From Chrysemys picta bellii (lineage: Eukaryota), in assembly GCF_011386835.1 (NCBI RefSeq), contig NC_088798.1:37510001-37574000 (forward strand): a stretch of DNA of 64,000 bases. Reading direction: 5' to 3'. The notes under the pieces were generated by a model. It was not told where the DNA came from. It saw only the letters and a list, made by a program, of their open reading frames with translations, and did not search any database. Numbering within the stretch: the first letter of the stretch is position 1; every line of letters begins with the position of its first letter. The position numbers were made by a program, and so were the translations under genes. Shown here one piece after another: positions 1 to 13,320 of this stretch.

Positions 1-201
1 CTTCTACCCACACCAGCAAAGTTAAACATTTTCCTAGAGAAACATGTAACAAAGGCAGGGCAGAGACAAAATCAGCAGTTAGAAACTGTGTCAATGATTG
101 AGAGAGACAGAGATAGATTCATCAAGTAAATTAGAAAAGAGAAGTGTGGTGTAGAAAGAGATTATTGGGATGGGAAAGAAGGCAAAGACAGGAAATACAG
201 T

Positions 202-218
202 GAGAGAGAGAGAGAGAA
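202..218. repeat. (GA)n microsatellite in a purine-rich tract
   Basis: GAGAGAGAGAGAGAGA. Confidence 0.85.
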
Positions 219-230
219 AGAAAAACAGTC

Positions 231-276
231 ATGGCTGAAGAAAACTCAGGAGAAAATAGCCCATGTCCTATTCTAG
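231..276 (+). CDS. Candidate first coding exon (MAEENSGENSPCPIL, phase 1)
   Basis: Strong Kozak context (GTCATGG) and donor TAG|GTAAGA; protein not recognised. Confidence 0.35.
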
Positions 277-2039
277 GTAAGAAAAAATTTAATGAAACCA
301 GGAAGGGAAAGAAAGGAAAATTCATTCATGAGATGGAGTCATTTTTATATTTCTATATATATACAGTAAACAAAGATGAGGGACAATGTTACCATTAAAT
401 AATAAAGTACAGAGCATAGACCATGCAAGTGTGTTAGTGTTTTAAACTGCATGGACATGCCTTTAGGTTTTGTAGCCTTGGAAGGAATGGTGGCCCAGGT
501 CTCTTACGCTGTGGTTATTGGGTATCAGATAAAGTTTTTAAGCCCTGACCCTAAGTGAATTCAGTTGAGTTCACATTATCATTCACCGTGCCTATCTCAT
601 GTATGTTACCACCAGGCCGAGCTGGGACATTACAGCTCTATGCAAGTGTGTATGTGTGGATGCCAAAGGCCAGGGAATGAAACAAAAGCAAAAGGCTGTG
701 CAGGTGGTATTTGCAGGTGCTGCATCTTAAGGTGACTAGACCTCTGAGTACTATGAGACTGTTAATATGTAGCCAAGTACAGTGAACGAGATTCTCCACT
801 GCCCGGCATCTCTTGTAGTCCTTGACACCAGCGCAAAGTGGATGTAATTCATAACTATTCTGATTCACCAGTGTTTTATGCCCACTTTGCACTGGTGTAA
901 ATAACTACATGAGGTGCAGGGCCATGGAGAATTGGGTCCAGTATGTCTTTCTCTACATTTCCAGTTTTACTGAGTCTACATACTTGGCTCAGAAGTCAAT
1001 CTTTCATAAATTGTTCCTGTGTCTGGTTTTTAATACAGAAACCATTGATTGCCTCAAATTAAATATGCCAAGAGGTCTGTTCAAGGCATTTGCAGGCATG
1101 AGTGAATAAAGTGAATCTATTAAACATATTTTGTTCTGTATTTAAAGCAAGCCGCAGAGGTCCTGGAAGTGAGAAGTCAGATGAGGCCAGATTGTACTGT
1201 AATCACTTAACTATAAATCTAAAGACCTTTTATGGGACATAACTGCACATCTGATTTGGCAGGAATATTTTAAAGGCCTTTACAACCAAGGATTCATAAA
1301 TAGCTTGAGGTTCTGAGTAAATTCAAGGTTGACAAAAATGTAGATAAAATATCTAACAAATCCTATAGCTCAGCATGAATCAGGCATCAAAACTCAAGCA
1401 TTAACAAGTGGCTTAAAACCATACATAGAAAAGGAAAATATGACAGCTTTCCACCCCAACCCATAAGCACATACACATGGGTACATTACCCACTATTGCC
1501 TTCAGTTCATGGAATCAAAATAACTAGTTTACATTTAGGGAAGTATTGTGTCTAACCTTCAGCTGTTCTATATAAACCTCCTTAGTCCAGTAGACCTTCA
1601 CCTGTCCTATGGTAAATTCTTCAAGAGCTTTAGATGCTCAGTAACACATTCAGTTATGCCTCTCATAAAAGAAATCCATTCCTCCATCTGTGAGCCATGT
1701 TGTGAAAGCATGGGAGAATAGGAACCTTGCATACTTTGTGGTTTTAATAGAGCATTGATCTCCGGTGTGCTATAGGAAAAAGGAGGCCCTCAGATGCCAG
1801 GAATTGGGGAGAGAGAAGTAGTTTAGAACTCAACCAGATCGGCTGGGCCTCATGAATCTACAACAGTAAGATAAAAGGAGCAGCTTTGGAAAAACTCAGC
1901 TTGGACCTGGGGTGGGGATGTCAGGCAGTTGTAGCACTGAATGTATGGAGTTAATGGGAGGTAAAAGATTGAGGACCTGATTCAAAGCCCATCAAAGTCA
2001 ATGGAGAAGCTTCCACTGACTTCTCTGAGCCTGAATGTG

Positions 2040-2160
2040 GTGGAGTCTGAAGTAGGAATGATACCCAAGTATTTGAGCAGTAGGTGACAGTCTACAGTGG
2101 GAAATAAAGAGGAAATGGGACAGAAAGAACAAGTGGAAGTAATGGGGGAGGGAATACTTA
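2040..2160 (-). mobile_element. Possible L2 RT-region remnant
   Basis: GATACCCAAGT...GTGACAG...CTACAGTG resembles the antisense of the L2 NLGV region; heavily diverged. Confidence 0.35.
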
Positions 2161-4074
2161 TACACATGGATCCAAACCTTGAAAATTATTCAAAGTCATT
2201 CTTACTTTGCTCCAATTGATTTACTTGTACCCACTTACTAGAGCTCGACGAATAAAACAAAACAGTTTTTTCTGCAATTATTTCCTTGAATTGAATAATT
2301 AACTCACTCCACCCATGTTCAAACCTCTTTTGTGTTCATTTTCTGAGGGCATATGAGACCTCACAGAAATTAAGTTCATGGCACTTGAGTACTGCAGAGA
2401 GTGAACCTTAAACTCATGCATGAGTATTCACACTGGATGTTTTATATTTTATATGGGATGAAATACTGATTGACACAGCAGAGGGACAAAATATCTGGGA
2501 CCCATACCTGATCCCGGCAAATTACCCAACAATAAATAACCTTTGGAATCAGGACTGTGCACATAAATGCAATTACTTTGTATCTGACAAGAAACAATTA
2601 CATTTAAAATGTTCATACAGCCAATTAATCTTACAGTATCCTAACTTGTATAAAAATAATGCTTCTAATTAGGCCTGTGATATTCAGAAAGGAAAAAGTT
2701 TAACATTTCTCTAAGTGGGAGAGGGTTGGGCACAAAAGGTGGCGTAGGGCCAGCTCAGGATTGAGGTAATAGTTTTCTGTACTTCTGATTTCCAAGAAAA
2801 ACCAAGGATTATCCACTGTCAACTAGTGCTACTGTCATCCAGCTGTTTCCAAATTGCATTGCTGCTTCATGTGGTGGGCATGAATATTAAGAAGACTCTG
2901 AAACCTGTCAAATATCTGCCTTTTCTAAATACAACATAATTGAAAGTATCATTCTCATCACACCAAAGCATTCAGAGCTGAAATTAGGGTGTGTGTATTG
3001 TATCCAATAGGTGTTGGGTTTTTTTCCTGTTCTTGTAACTACTGAAGAGCATTTAGCTTGGTAATTATAAGATCTGATTTGCTTCATCACTCTTCAGGTG
3101 TTTAGAAATCTAAATCAATGATCATTGCAAAGAGGATAATGTTACACATTTGAGGGCAATAGCTTAATTTACTGTTTCTCTAGGGAGAAAACGACAGCAC
3201 AATGAGTACTGGAAACAAATAGTTTTCTTTTTTCCTGTAGGACTTTTTTGTATTTTTTTCTCTTCTCCCCCTCCCCCTTGGCTTTCTCCTTAGCTACAGA
3301 AGATAGCAGCAATCTTTTGGACTTTAAAGATGATAATTTTACTGCAATAAGTAACAGCTCAACAATAGCTCATACTACACATTCATGTTAAACACTTGCT
3401 TCTCTAGCAGCACAAGTATATACAGAGCACAGCTGAAAAGACTTCTTGACAACATCCACTCTTAGCATGTGCTTTATCTGCCAATAATTGTTTGGTGCTT
3501 TCATTTGTAAAATAGTGGACCACATACCAGTATGGTTAGACAATGTTTTCGTAAAGATGTGAAGTATCCTAGAGTGGCAATAAGTCCAGGTACATATGAG
3601 CTTACAATACATTAGGGTTATCAAGATTGCAGTGGCATGTATAAAATGGAAAATTCCTCTACTTAAAATGGCAGGTTTTATAAGTTGTTTGAAAACCTGG
3701 CACAATCTCCTCTAATGCAACAAAGACAGCCTATTTCCTACACTGGTATGTCACCCTCTAGCCCTTATATATTTGCAAAGCACTGTAACAACATTAACTA
3801 ATTAATCGTTAAAAGTCACTATGCCCCGTGAGGCACGGGCATGCTGACACACAAAGAAAAGTTATGTGTAGAGATCACTGAGTCATAGTAGACAAATATT
3901 TTATTAAGCAAGTAGAGCCATTTTTCCATCTAATAATGTAGTGAGGTAACATTTTGGGGATATCCAACCAGCTCTATTGCTGGTGAATATTACTATCTTT
4001 TTTCAATGAATACCAGCTATATTTGTCAAATAAATTATTCAACATGTATATTTTTCTGGTATTTCATCAGCCTG

Positions 4075-4185
4075 AGTTATGTGACTTGCCCACAATCACA
4101 TACTGAGACACATTTGCAGAACTGGGACTAGAACTCAGGAGTTTCTGCATCTCAAGCCCGCATGGAATTCAAGCCTGGACCATGC
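4075..4185. mobile_element. MIR/CORE-SINE-like remnant
   Basis: GACTTGCCCACAATCACA...GCAGAACTGGGACTAGAACTCAGG. Confidence 0.6.
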
Positions 4186-5771
4186 TATCACTCCCAACTA
4201 TGCTTTGCTCTGCAACATGCCAGCTGTGCTTTAAATATGCAGAGATGTTATCAGTGGCTGAAAGTTCTATTCCCTAGCACATCAATAAGAGTAGCTGGGA
4301 CCTACTGAAGGCATCACTGGCTATTCTTGCTTGTATTTTTACTCATGAATGTTATCTAATAGATCAGGGGTGTCATTGAGGTCTAAAGATTTAATACTAC
4401 TAACAGAAAACCAAATAAGATTCTAGGGGGAATTTAGAAAGTCAGGATGTAATTACTGCAAGATAATTTTGGCCCTGTCACCAAAATTAGTGCCCTTATG
4501 AAAATGGTCATGAATTTTCTATTTACCACCATTTATCGGAACCTTCTTTTTCTATACCTCATCTGAAAGGCAGTACCACCATATTTGGTTCTTTTCAGGG
4601 GAGCACTGATTCAGTGCTGACTATGGCCTGAACCTATGCCTGTTGAAGCCAATGGCAAACCTCCCTCAAGTGGGACTAAAATCAGGCCTTGTGGGAAAAG
4701 CACCACATATTGAATCACCCAGACCATTTTCCACAGCACTTAGTGATGTCCCCATCCAAATTGTAAACTGTCTTGATTCTGCTTACCTTATTAAGTGGGT
4801 AGAGCTCACAGTCCAAGTGGGGATGTCTGCATTAATTAAACACAGTATTTGTTACACTGTTGTTTAAAGGCAAATGTAACAGTTATCCTGAGTTATAAGG
4901 AAGTACAGTGCAAATATACATATAAAAACTCAAGTAGCTTTTCACTGTAAGCATCGATCTCATTTTGTTAATCTGTTAATCTCAAATCAAATTAATTAAC
5001 ACTCTTTCATAATTGGCACTTACATGTTTTAAATCTTCTACTGACTTATTTGTCCTGGTTTGTATTTCACTTATTAGATTAAAAGCAATTTCTCATCATC
5101 TGTGTCCAAGCCTTCCACTGTCAAAGCTCTGAGGTTATATAAACAAGGCATATTGTTTATCTTAGTCTTGGATTCATGTGATTCCTTTTTTCCTTTGCTC
5201 ATTCTTCAATCAGTGTTATGAGCATTGTCAGAGGAATTAAGAAAAATCTGAACATATTAATTATCTGTTCACGAGGCTTGTTAAATCTCAGGTATAAATT
5301 TACTAAAAGTTATCATTTTGTTTTTTGCTACAGGTGCTCAATCTTTTCTCTAGGAAAGCACTTAACTTTTCTCTTAGGTTCCTTTGAAAATCCTAGCTTT
5401 ACATGTTTCTTTTCCTATTTATGTCATGAACAGTCTGTTTATTAAATCTTTTACTACCTGTGTATCAAAAAGACCAATAGAAACAAAGGGAATGATAATT
5501 TCCCATACACAGTGATGTTACAGGAGAAATGAGGGGCATTTTAAAAGTACTTATCCCCTTAGTATCTGCACATATTAGTCCTTTCAGCCAAGTGCTGTAT
5601 TTTACTCAGTATATCAGCTGTTATATTAGGCTCACCAAACAGATTGTGGTGTTTTTACCTCTTAGTTCCTGTAACAGGGTGGCTTGACAAGGGACTAGAA
5701 AGCATGGTGCTAAGCCAACCCTGATTAATTTAGGGAAATCAGGTGACCTCCTGTTATGCTACACTATAGAT

Positions 5772-6078
5772 CAGGAATAGGCAACCTATAACACGCGTGC
5801 CAAAGGCGGCACGTGAGCAGATTTTTAGTGGCACTCACGCTGCCCGGGTCCTAGCCACCAGTCCAGGGGGCGCTGCATTTTAATTTAATTTTAAATGAAG
5901 CTTCTTAAATATTTTAAAAACCTTATTTACTTTACATACAACCATAGTTTAGTTATATATTATAGACTTATAAAAGGAGACCTTCTAAAAACATTAAAAT
6001 GTATTGTACGCGAAACCTTAAATTAGAGTGAATAAATGAAGACTCGGCACACCACTTCTGCAAGGTTGCCGACCTCTG
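5772..6078. mobile_element. hAT-type MITE (CAGGGGTCGGCAACCT-like termini)
   Basis: CAGGAATAGGCAACCT...AGGTTGCCGACCTCTG; TSD degenerate (5/8). Confidence 0.8.
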
Positions 6079-6818
6079 CATTAGAATCTAGTATCTTGTT
6101 TTGAAATCCATTGCAGAAATGTCTGCACCAAGCTGATTTGTCAAACAAAGCCCTGCACCATATAAATAAGCTGAAAGATTGCACGGCATTGATATTAATA
6201 GAAAATATAAAAAATCATTATATAAGCAAATGCAGCAGAGCACTCTGTACTGACTGAGGATACAGAAGGGATGCACAAGTAAAATAATATTTTAAAACCT
6301 ATATTAAAGGGCTATTTTATATGTTGGTTCTTTGAAATCATTATTTTTAAAACAATTATTTTAAAATGTTTTTTTTTTAAATCACTCTCTAATTATAGGA
6401 TTATAACACTTCAGACCATGTGATAGTGCTGATAAATGCAATTCAGGTTCTTGGAAAGTTCGTGTCTTCTATTTGCATCTTGCCCACACCCTGAGGTGTG
6501 CTTAACTCAGAATAACTGTTTGGCTTTTTCTGTCTCACTGTTTAAATACAAACAAATTTTCTTTGATAACAGTCAGGCAATGACTGATGCCCTGATCTTA
6601 CAAAGAAATCCATTAAGACTGATCCTTTCAGAATCCCATTGACCATGTTAGCAGATCCCATTGCATGATCAGGTATTAAAAAGTGGATTTGTTAGCAAGG
6701 ATGGTGAGTGGCTGATGTTAGACAGTAATGGCAGAAGATTACTAAGCAAGTTATGAATATCTCAATGGTTTGCTGGTACAAACAGTAACCTGTTGCTAGA
6801 GTGATGGAGAAGAGATCT

Positions 6819-6832
6819 GTTGCCATGGAAAC
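6819..6832. promoter_or_regulatory. RFX X-box motif
   Basis: GTTGCCATGGAAAC fits GTTNCCATGGNAAC; half-site GTTGCTAG about 25 bp upstream; outside any recognised repeat. Confidence 0.45.
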
Positions 6833-8653
6833 AAATATAGCATAATGGAGAAATCTGATAGATGTACAGCACCATTACTTCATTTTAGACAAACACAGCT
6901 CAGCAGCCTATTATACCTAGCGTCCTTTGTTCAATGAGAATTTTGATTTTAAAATCTTAAACTGACATGTAACAGTTACTTGTAATTTAAGGAAGTTGTA
7001 CAAACTTCACATTAGGGATAACAAAATGTAATCTATTGAAAACTCAATATGAAATGAAATAACTAAGCTTTAAATAAACATTGAAGACAATTAAATCTTG
7101 TGTGTAAATTCTTTAAGTTTCCAGTGAAATAAAAATATGACTAGAGGGCTTAATCCTGCAGTTCTTACACATACAAAACTCATACTGAAGGTAATGGAGT
7201 TTTGCTTATGTAGGGACTGTGTGAAACACAGAATAATGCCCTAATTCCATAGTCCTAATGCAAGAAAATCTTCCATTGAGGTCAACAATATTTTTTCTTA
7301 CGTAAAAAACAGGCAGCTGAAGCCCCTATAATCGTGATTCATCGCTGCACCAATGCTGAGCCCTGTGCAGGGCCCTAGAAGACAACAGTCCTCCTCAACC
7401 TCAGGGCTTTTAGGGCCCTGGTTTGACCCCTCTCACGGATTAGAGAATGGCAAACAGTCTGGTGCCCAAACACTGTAGACTCCATTTTTTCATCTTGAGT
7501 TGAGGAGTTTGCCTTGATTCAAGACAGCTGAACAAATTTAGTCACTGGTTTAATAATGTCAAACTTTAAGAAAACCATAACTGTGTGAAGTCAGTGAGTG
7601 AGCTCGTTCTATTCTCATTAACATCTAATTGTACACTTTAAAAAAAATTGTTCTTCTTTTCTCTATTTAAAAAGCTTTATTGGATTTTACAAAATGCAAA
7701 GATACAAAAACATAGCCAAAGTCACATAGGGAACCAAGAACTCTTGTTCCTTTGCAGCATTACCTATGGATTGGGAAATACATGGTGTCACTTTCTTATC
7801 AGAGGAGGAAAGGATTAAAAATGGCGGGATGCTTCCCCAATCAGGAAATGCCCCACACAAAAGCAGTGGGATTGTGAAGACTGTGTTTACTGGATTGCTT
7901 TTTTTCGATTTTTCCCCTCAAAAAACTAGGTGGGACTTGTTTTATCCTCCACAGAAGAGTCTGGGATTCCCGCACACCCCAAACTTATGTATTGCCAGGG
8001 GGTGGGGGAGGAGAATAACAGGGAAAAGAAGGGTGAAATTTCAGCAGAGACAACATGTCCCTTTTACATCTAGCTTGTCCTCTAAGCCTATATAGGCAAA
8101 TACTGGCCCCATTCTTCAGGTATATACAGAAGGGTGCTGAGTGGCCTATATTTCTAGGGTCCCACCACCACCACCACCAGTGAAGTAGAAAGTTTCTTGT
8201 TTTCATTTTTTATGCTTTTGTCTCCTGAGCCAAAGTTCTCTGGTTACCAATTGATTCCCACCACTGTACTTTCTGTTTCTATGGTAACTATGCCAGTTGT
8301 CTGCTTAGCCATTTATAAAGCATCTTTTCCATTTTTAATCACTCTTCTGCACTAACAGGGAGGGAACGCCTGAAAGTCACATATGAATTCAAGGAGATAG
8401 GTATTTTATTTGCAAGTCTTGGTGCATTTGTAGACAAATACAGGAGGATAGAATGATAATTTTTGGAAACTCTTACTGGTATGAACCTGATGTAAAACAA
8501 GAGTGAACTTGCATGCTAAAATGGATATGGGAAAGCACTTATCTTTTTGATCACCAGTAAAATATACATGGGGTCTTAATTAATAAAGAATTTATAAGCA
8601 TTACTTTGCAGTAGTCAGGAACAAGACTGAGGTGGAAAAGAGTTGTTCCATTA

Positions 8654-8697
8654 TCTCTGTCTCTCTCTCTCTCTTTCACACACACACACACAATTTG

Positions 8698-8738
<41 letters not shown>

Positions 8739-8765
8739 TCACACATAGTTTGACTCACAAATCTC
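8654..8765. repeat. Compound (TC)n(CA)n microsatellite with a duplicated 17-bp spacer
   Basis: TTTGACTCACAAATCTC at 8694-8710 and 8749-8765. Confidence 0.9.
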
Positions 8766-9191
8766 ATCTGTGCCTCACATAATCACTCATCTCTTGTGAC
8801 TTACCTAAAACACTTTATTAATCCAATCTGCCTCCCATTAAAACAAACAAACAATGGAAATAGTCACATTGACTTCAGTGGAAGGTGGATCATTCCCTAG
8901 TATTTTACAAATTATATTGGGCCAGATGTATTCCTGGGATACTCAATGGCCCATTGTATGTACAGTCCAGTGTTCACATCAAAGTAAACATAAATTTGGG
9001 ATTTGGGGAAATATTTCAATGTACTGTGTGAGCATATCCTTTATGTAGCATGCCATGATTTTTTTAAATATTCTTTTAAAACATTTTATAATGATTATCT
9101 CCTCCCATGCTAAGATTCAGGAGGGGCAGATCTACGAGTATCACCAAAATGTTTATGCACACTCCACCTTCTCAGACCTCCCTTTACTTAC

Positions 9192-9398
9192 ATGTGCCTG
9201 CTTACTGCCTGTTATCGCTACAGTTTTCTGCTTTGCTGCTGCTGCTACTGGTAAATGCCCTCTTGTAGGACCTGGAGCAAAATGTGCCCACAAGTTCCCC
9301 CCAGAGGAGTGCATGAGAGTGATGTCATTATGATAATGCATGAGGCAGGAAGTGCAACTGACTGTCAACAAACAGTGGAACTGATTATATTCAAAATG
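9192..9398 (-). CDS. Candidate internal exon (207 nt, 69 open codons)
   Basis: Acceptor TTCATTTTACAG, donor CAT|GTAAGT, phase 0-0; product unrecognised. Confidence 0.25.
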
Positions 9399-10734
9399 CT
9401 GTAAAATGAACACAGTAAACAACCTGAAAAATTGGGAGGACGGGGTTTCTAAGCCTTTTCAGTTTTAACAATCTTACTTATGAACTTGCTTCACTTTCCA
9501 CATGTGATTACTGCCACTGAAATCAATAAACTACTCACACAAATAAAGTTAAAGCACATCCATAAGTCATTGAAGAGTCAGTGCCTTAAAGGCTTCTTGA
9601 AACACAAATAGCAAAATTTTCAGATGGAAATGTTATTTTCAAGTTGAAAGTGTCCCTTTAGGCAGAATTCCACAATAAAGTCGATGGGGAATTCAGCTTA
9701 AAAATTGATGGCACTATATAGCCCTAAATTCTAAAGAAAGTTTGGAGTATTTACATTGAAAAGAAAGCTTGGGATAGACATACTGAATTGTGAATTTACC
9801 AGATTCTTGCTTCCTGAAAGGATTTTATGACTTCAAATATAATTAGTGATATAATCATTTACAAGTAGGAATATATCTGTTATATTAATAATTTCTAATG
9901 GAAGTATTTAGGTTATGTATATGACATTCACTATAATTCCTAAATAGGAAAACATGTAAAAATGTTACCAGCCATCTAATCAAGGTTTAAGCTTCACTGA
10001 GTTTTACTAATTTCTAGAGGAATTTTAAATGCAGAGGGGACAGTGTGTTAGAAAATTATTCAGTTTTGTTCTCTTCAGTGAAACCAAAATGAGAGGTTTA
10101 ATTTAAATTCACTCTGCATAGATTTCACTTGATGTTGCTTAATGGAATAGAATGCCAGCAGGTTACACACTAATGCTGTTTTACATTTAGAAGCATGAGC
10201 TGACCTTATCACTTTATATAAACTGCAGTAACTGTCTACTGCATTATTGGAAGGACCTTCCGTCTTTCCACTTTAGGAGGTACAGTTACATTAAGCTAAT
10301 AATTCAGAAGTTCAGGTATTTAGTGTTTACATATTTCTGGTGTCAAAATACAGTACAGTTTCTGCAAGTAGATATCTTTGGATCTGAATCTCTCAGATCC
10401 ATCATATATAGAATAAATCAACAACCTTCAATCCATGCTTTTTTATCCAAGAGGTAAAATAAACTGACCTACATATATGCTTTTAAAATATGCAACTAAT
10501 TCAAAAATCACTATATATGTAACTGTCTTTCAAAGAAAAAGGCTATAATTTGTTTTTTACACAATTTCTCCTTGAGCATTCAATCAGCAGCATCCAATTA
10601 CCAGTGGTGATCGTTGCTTTATATGAAATTAATTTGCCAGAGAGTGAATTAACCCTTCTGTTACCATATAAAGCTGCCATAGGTATGCTCAGATTTAGCC
10701 ACAGCACTCCATTCTTTTTTAACATCTAAGCTTC

Positions 10735-11849
10735 TATAATGCATTTCTGGGGATACCCAGAGCTGTGAGCCATGGTGTTACCTCTCTGCCTCAGCAAGAG
10801 TGAGAGTTGATGGAGATTAGACTGTGTCAGGTCCCTGCCACACCAGTCTGTCTTCCTTACCAGCAAATTCATTGGGAGTCTGCCAGTCTCAACCTTGCCT
10901 AGCCAGTAACAGTGAGCAAACTCCAGACCCCAACCTCCTCTGAGATGTGTCTCTACCATGCACAGCACTTATCATTGTGCATTTACAGCAGATATTAAGT
11001 TTGCTTCTGTTTTAAAGAGTCACTGTTACAGCTTATTAATTGGGGTAAATACACTTTTCTAACACTGCACTGAGTTGGTTTATAGTAAAAATAAAAACAC
11101 ATTTATTAACAAAAGGACATGGGTTAAGTGATACCAAGTGGAAGGAATAAAGATACAAAGGTTTACAAACGAAACTGAAAATACACTTTTGTGGGCTAAG
11201 ACCTAACTTAACAGCCACAGTCTTTTTTCAAGGTAGTTTCCTCACCAATCTTCCTTTTCCAGCAGTAATAGCTGGCTATCTCTTAGCCAGGATCCCCACA
11301 GAATCCAAGACACTTTTCTGTATCTTCTCGGGTAAAAGATTACTTAGTCTTTCCATGTGTTGTTAGATCTCAAAGTCTGCCTCTGTTTACAGAGCCAAAT
11401 TGATTCCCTGAGGTTCAGTTTGCTGTCTCTTCCTGGTGGTTGACTATTTTGATTAATGTGTCCCCTGGTGTGCTCCTATGTGATACTTCCTGCTGCAATT
11501 TTAGAAAGTAAATGTGTTTTTCCTGCAATCTTTGATACAAATCAATAGCCTATTAAATTTGTCTGCACCTGATTTGAGGTGTTGGACTCTTTCCTTTGTC
11601 CAGAGAAAACCTGTTTATCAACTCCCCCTGACGTAGCTGGTTTAAACATCTTCTAGTCACAGACTTGAAGGCATAATAACAGTGAGTATCCATAATTCCA
11701 CGCACAGCATTGTCACATACATTTCACAATGATATTACTGATCAGTGAAGTATTAATTTTTTCAAATGATACCTCAACAAGGCATCTTTTGTACAAATAT
11801 CATTTGCAGTAATGTGCAGGGTATGAACACAAGGGTGCCTAGGGTCTCA
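10735..11849. mobile_element. Solo LTR (~1.1 kb), probably Gypsy-type
   Basis: Degenerate T(A)TAAT...TCTCA ends; flanks GCTTC/GCTTG (4/5); 3' part resembles an abundant turtle LTR as I recall it. Confidence 0.65.
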
Positions 11850-11894
11850 GCTTGACTATTGCAATTCTCAATATCTATTATGAAGTTAAATACC

Positions 11895-12075
11895 CTATAG
11901 AACCTCCAGTTTGTTTAGAACATGACAGCCCACATGCTCAGCAAGACAGGTCACTGGGAACACATCAACACAAACCACTGTTCTCTGCACTGGCTCTCTA
12001 TTGAATATACAATCCAGTTCAAGGTCACTGTCCTGATTTTTAAACGTCTTCATGGAATTGGTCCTAGCTACCAAT
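11895..12075 (+). mobile_element. L2 LINE ORF2 C-terminal remnant
   Basis: Translates LQFV*N.TAHML...EHI...SLHWL.I...IQFKV.VLIFK.LHG.GPSY, matching the L2 LHWLP...FK motif. Confidence 0.75.
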
Positions 12076-13199
12076 AAGATTTGGGGGAGATGAGGGTAGA
12101 AAATGTTAAATGAGAGGCAGTTGTTTTTGAGCTCTTGGGAAGTGTGTGGAACAAACTTAAGTGATGGATGCCAATATAAGAATCTAAGATAGAAAGATTG
12201 CAACATACAGTACTTCTTTTAACATCAGCATCTGTATCAATTTGAAAAGATATGTAAGGCCTCTTGTGGCATAAAGATGCAGGACTCAGTTGTAATGAAC
12301 AAAATTCTTTATTGACAACATTGGACATTGAAAAGGTATCCAGTTGTTCCTTGCTCTCAAACTCCCTAACAACTATTGTCACCAAGCGGGTGCTTAAGGC
12401 TCTGATTCCCGATCTGAACTAAACTAACCTAACTTAACTAAACATCAGTTCTCCAATGTTCATTTGGTATATTTTTAAAAAGACTGATCTATGTAAAATT
12501 ACTGGAAGTGGATAGTGCTGTTGCAGATAATATAAATTCTGCTTCACTGACTGGATAAGCAATTGTGTCTTGGTGCTGCTTCTGCCAACAATATATGTCC
12601 ATACAAGCAATCAAAACATGATATATCAAAATAGTACAACATACACATACATATAATGCATAGAAATATTTCTAAAAGTTTTTTAAAAAAACTTCCAAAC
12701 AATTTTGACAGTTCCAGTGGAAGAGGCTGCTTGCTATGCAGTGATCAGGAGTGAAGCAGATGAATCTCCTACTGTTTTTCTATTTTCTCCTCTGTTATGA
12801 GCATAAATCAGTGAACTGGATCAGAGATTTTTATGGTGGGCCAATGGGTACAGAACAGTCATCTTGCTGGAACTGGCATAATTAAATTTATGCTAAACTA
12901 CTGCAGGAATCAAAACATCTTTGTTTCATGCTAAGAAAGGCCCAATTTAAGTAGGCTATGTTCAGGTAGACAGCAGGAATTATTTGATATCATCAATTTG
13001 TTTTTTATTTATATTTGAAGAAAAAAATTCTGCTAACTGTGTACTGCAATACTAAGTAACCATCTAAATCTATCACTGTTACCCTCTCCCTGCCTGTCTC
13101 ATTCCCACTGTTTGTTTGTTGCACCTGTTTGGTGCATTTTGTCTTAATTTAGGCATTGATTCTGCAAACCCTTATGCCCGCAAATAACTTTCTAGAACT

Positions 13200-13320
13200 T
13201 TGATTACAAGCTTTTTAGGACAGGATCTCTCTTTAAACAGTGTTTGTAAATTGCCAAGCACAATGGAGCTCTGGTCTGATTGGGGCCTGTAGGCACGATA
13301 CAATACAAATAAATAATAAT
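13200..13320 (+). mobile_element. L2-type 3' tail
   Basis: ACAAGCTTTTTAGGACAGG...AGCACAATGGAGC...AATACAAATAAATAATAAT. Confidence 0.7.

Noticed and set aside
7766-8095. 109-aa ORF after a good acceptor
   Set aside because: No recognisable protein; not enough evidence to call it coding.
8799-8820. Minus-strand TTTTAG|GTAAGT, a possible recursive splice site
   Set aside because: The pyrimidine tract is too short and the host transcript strand is unknown.
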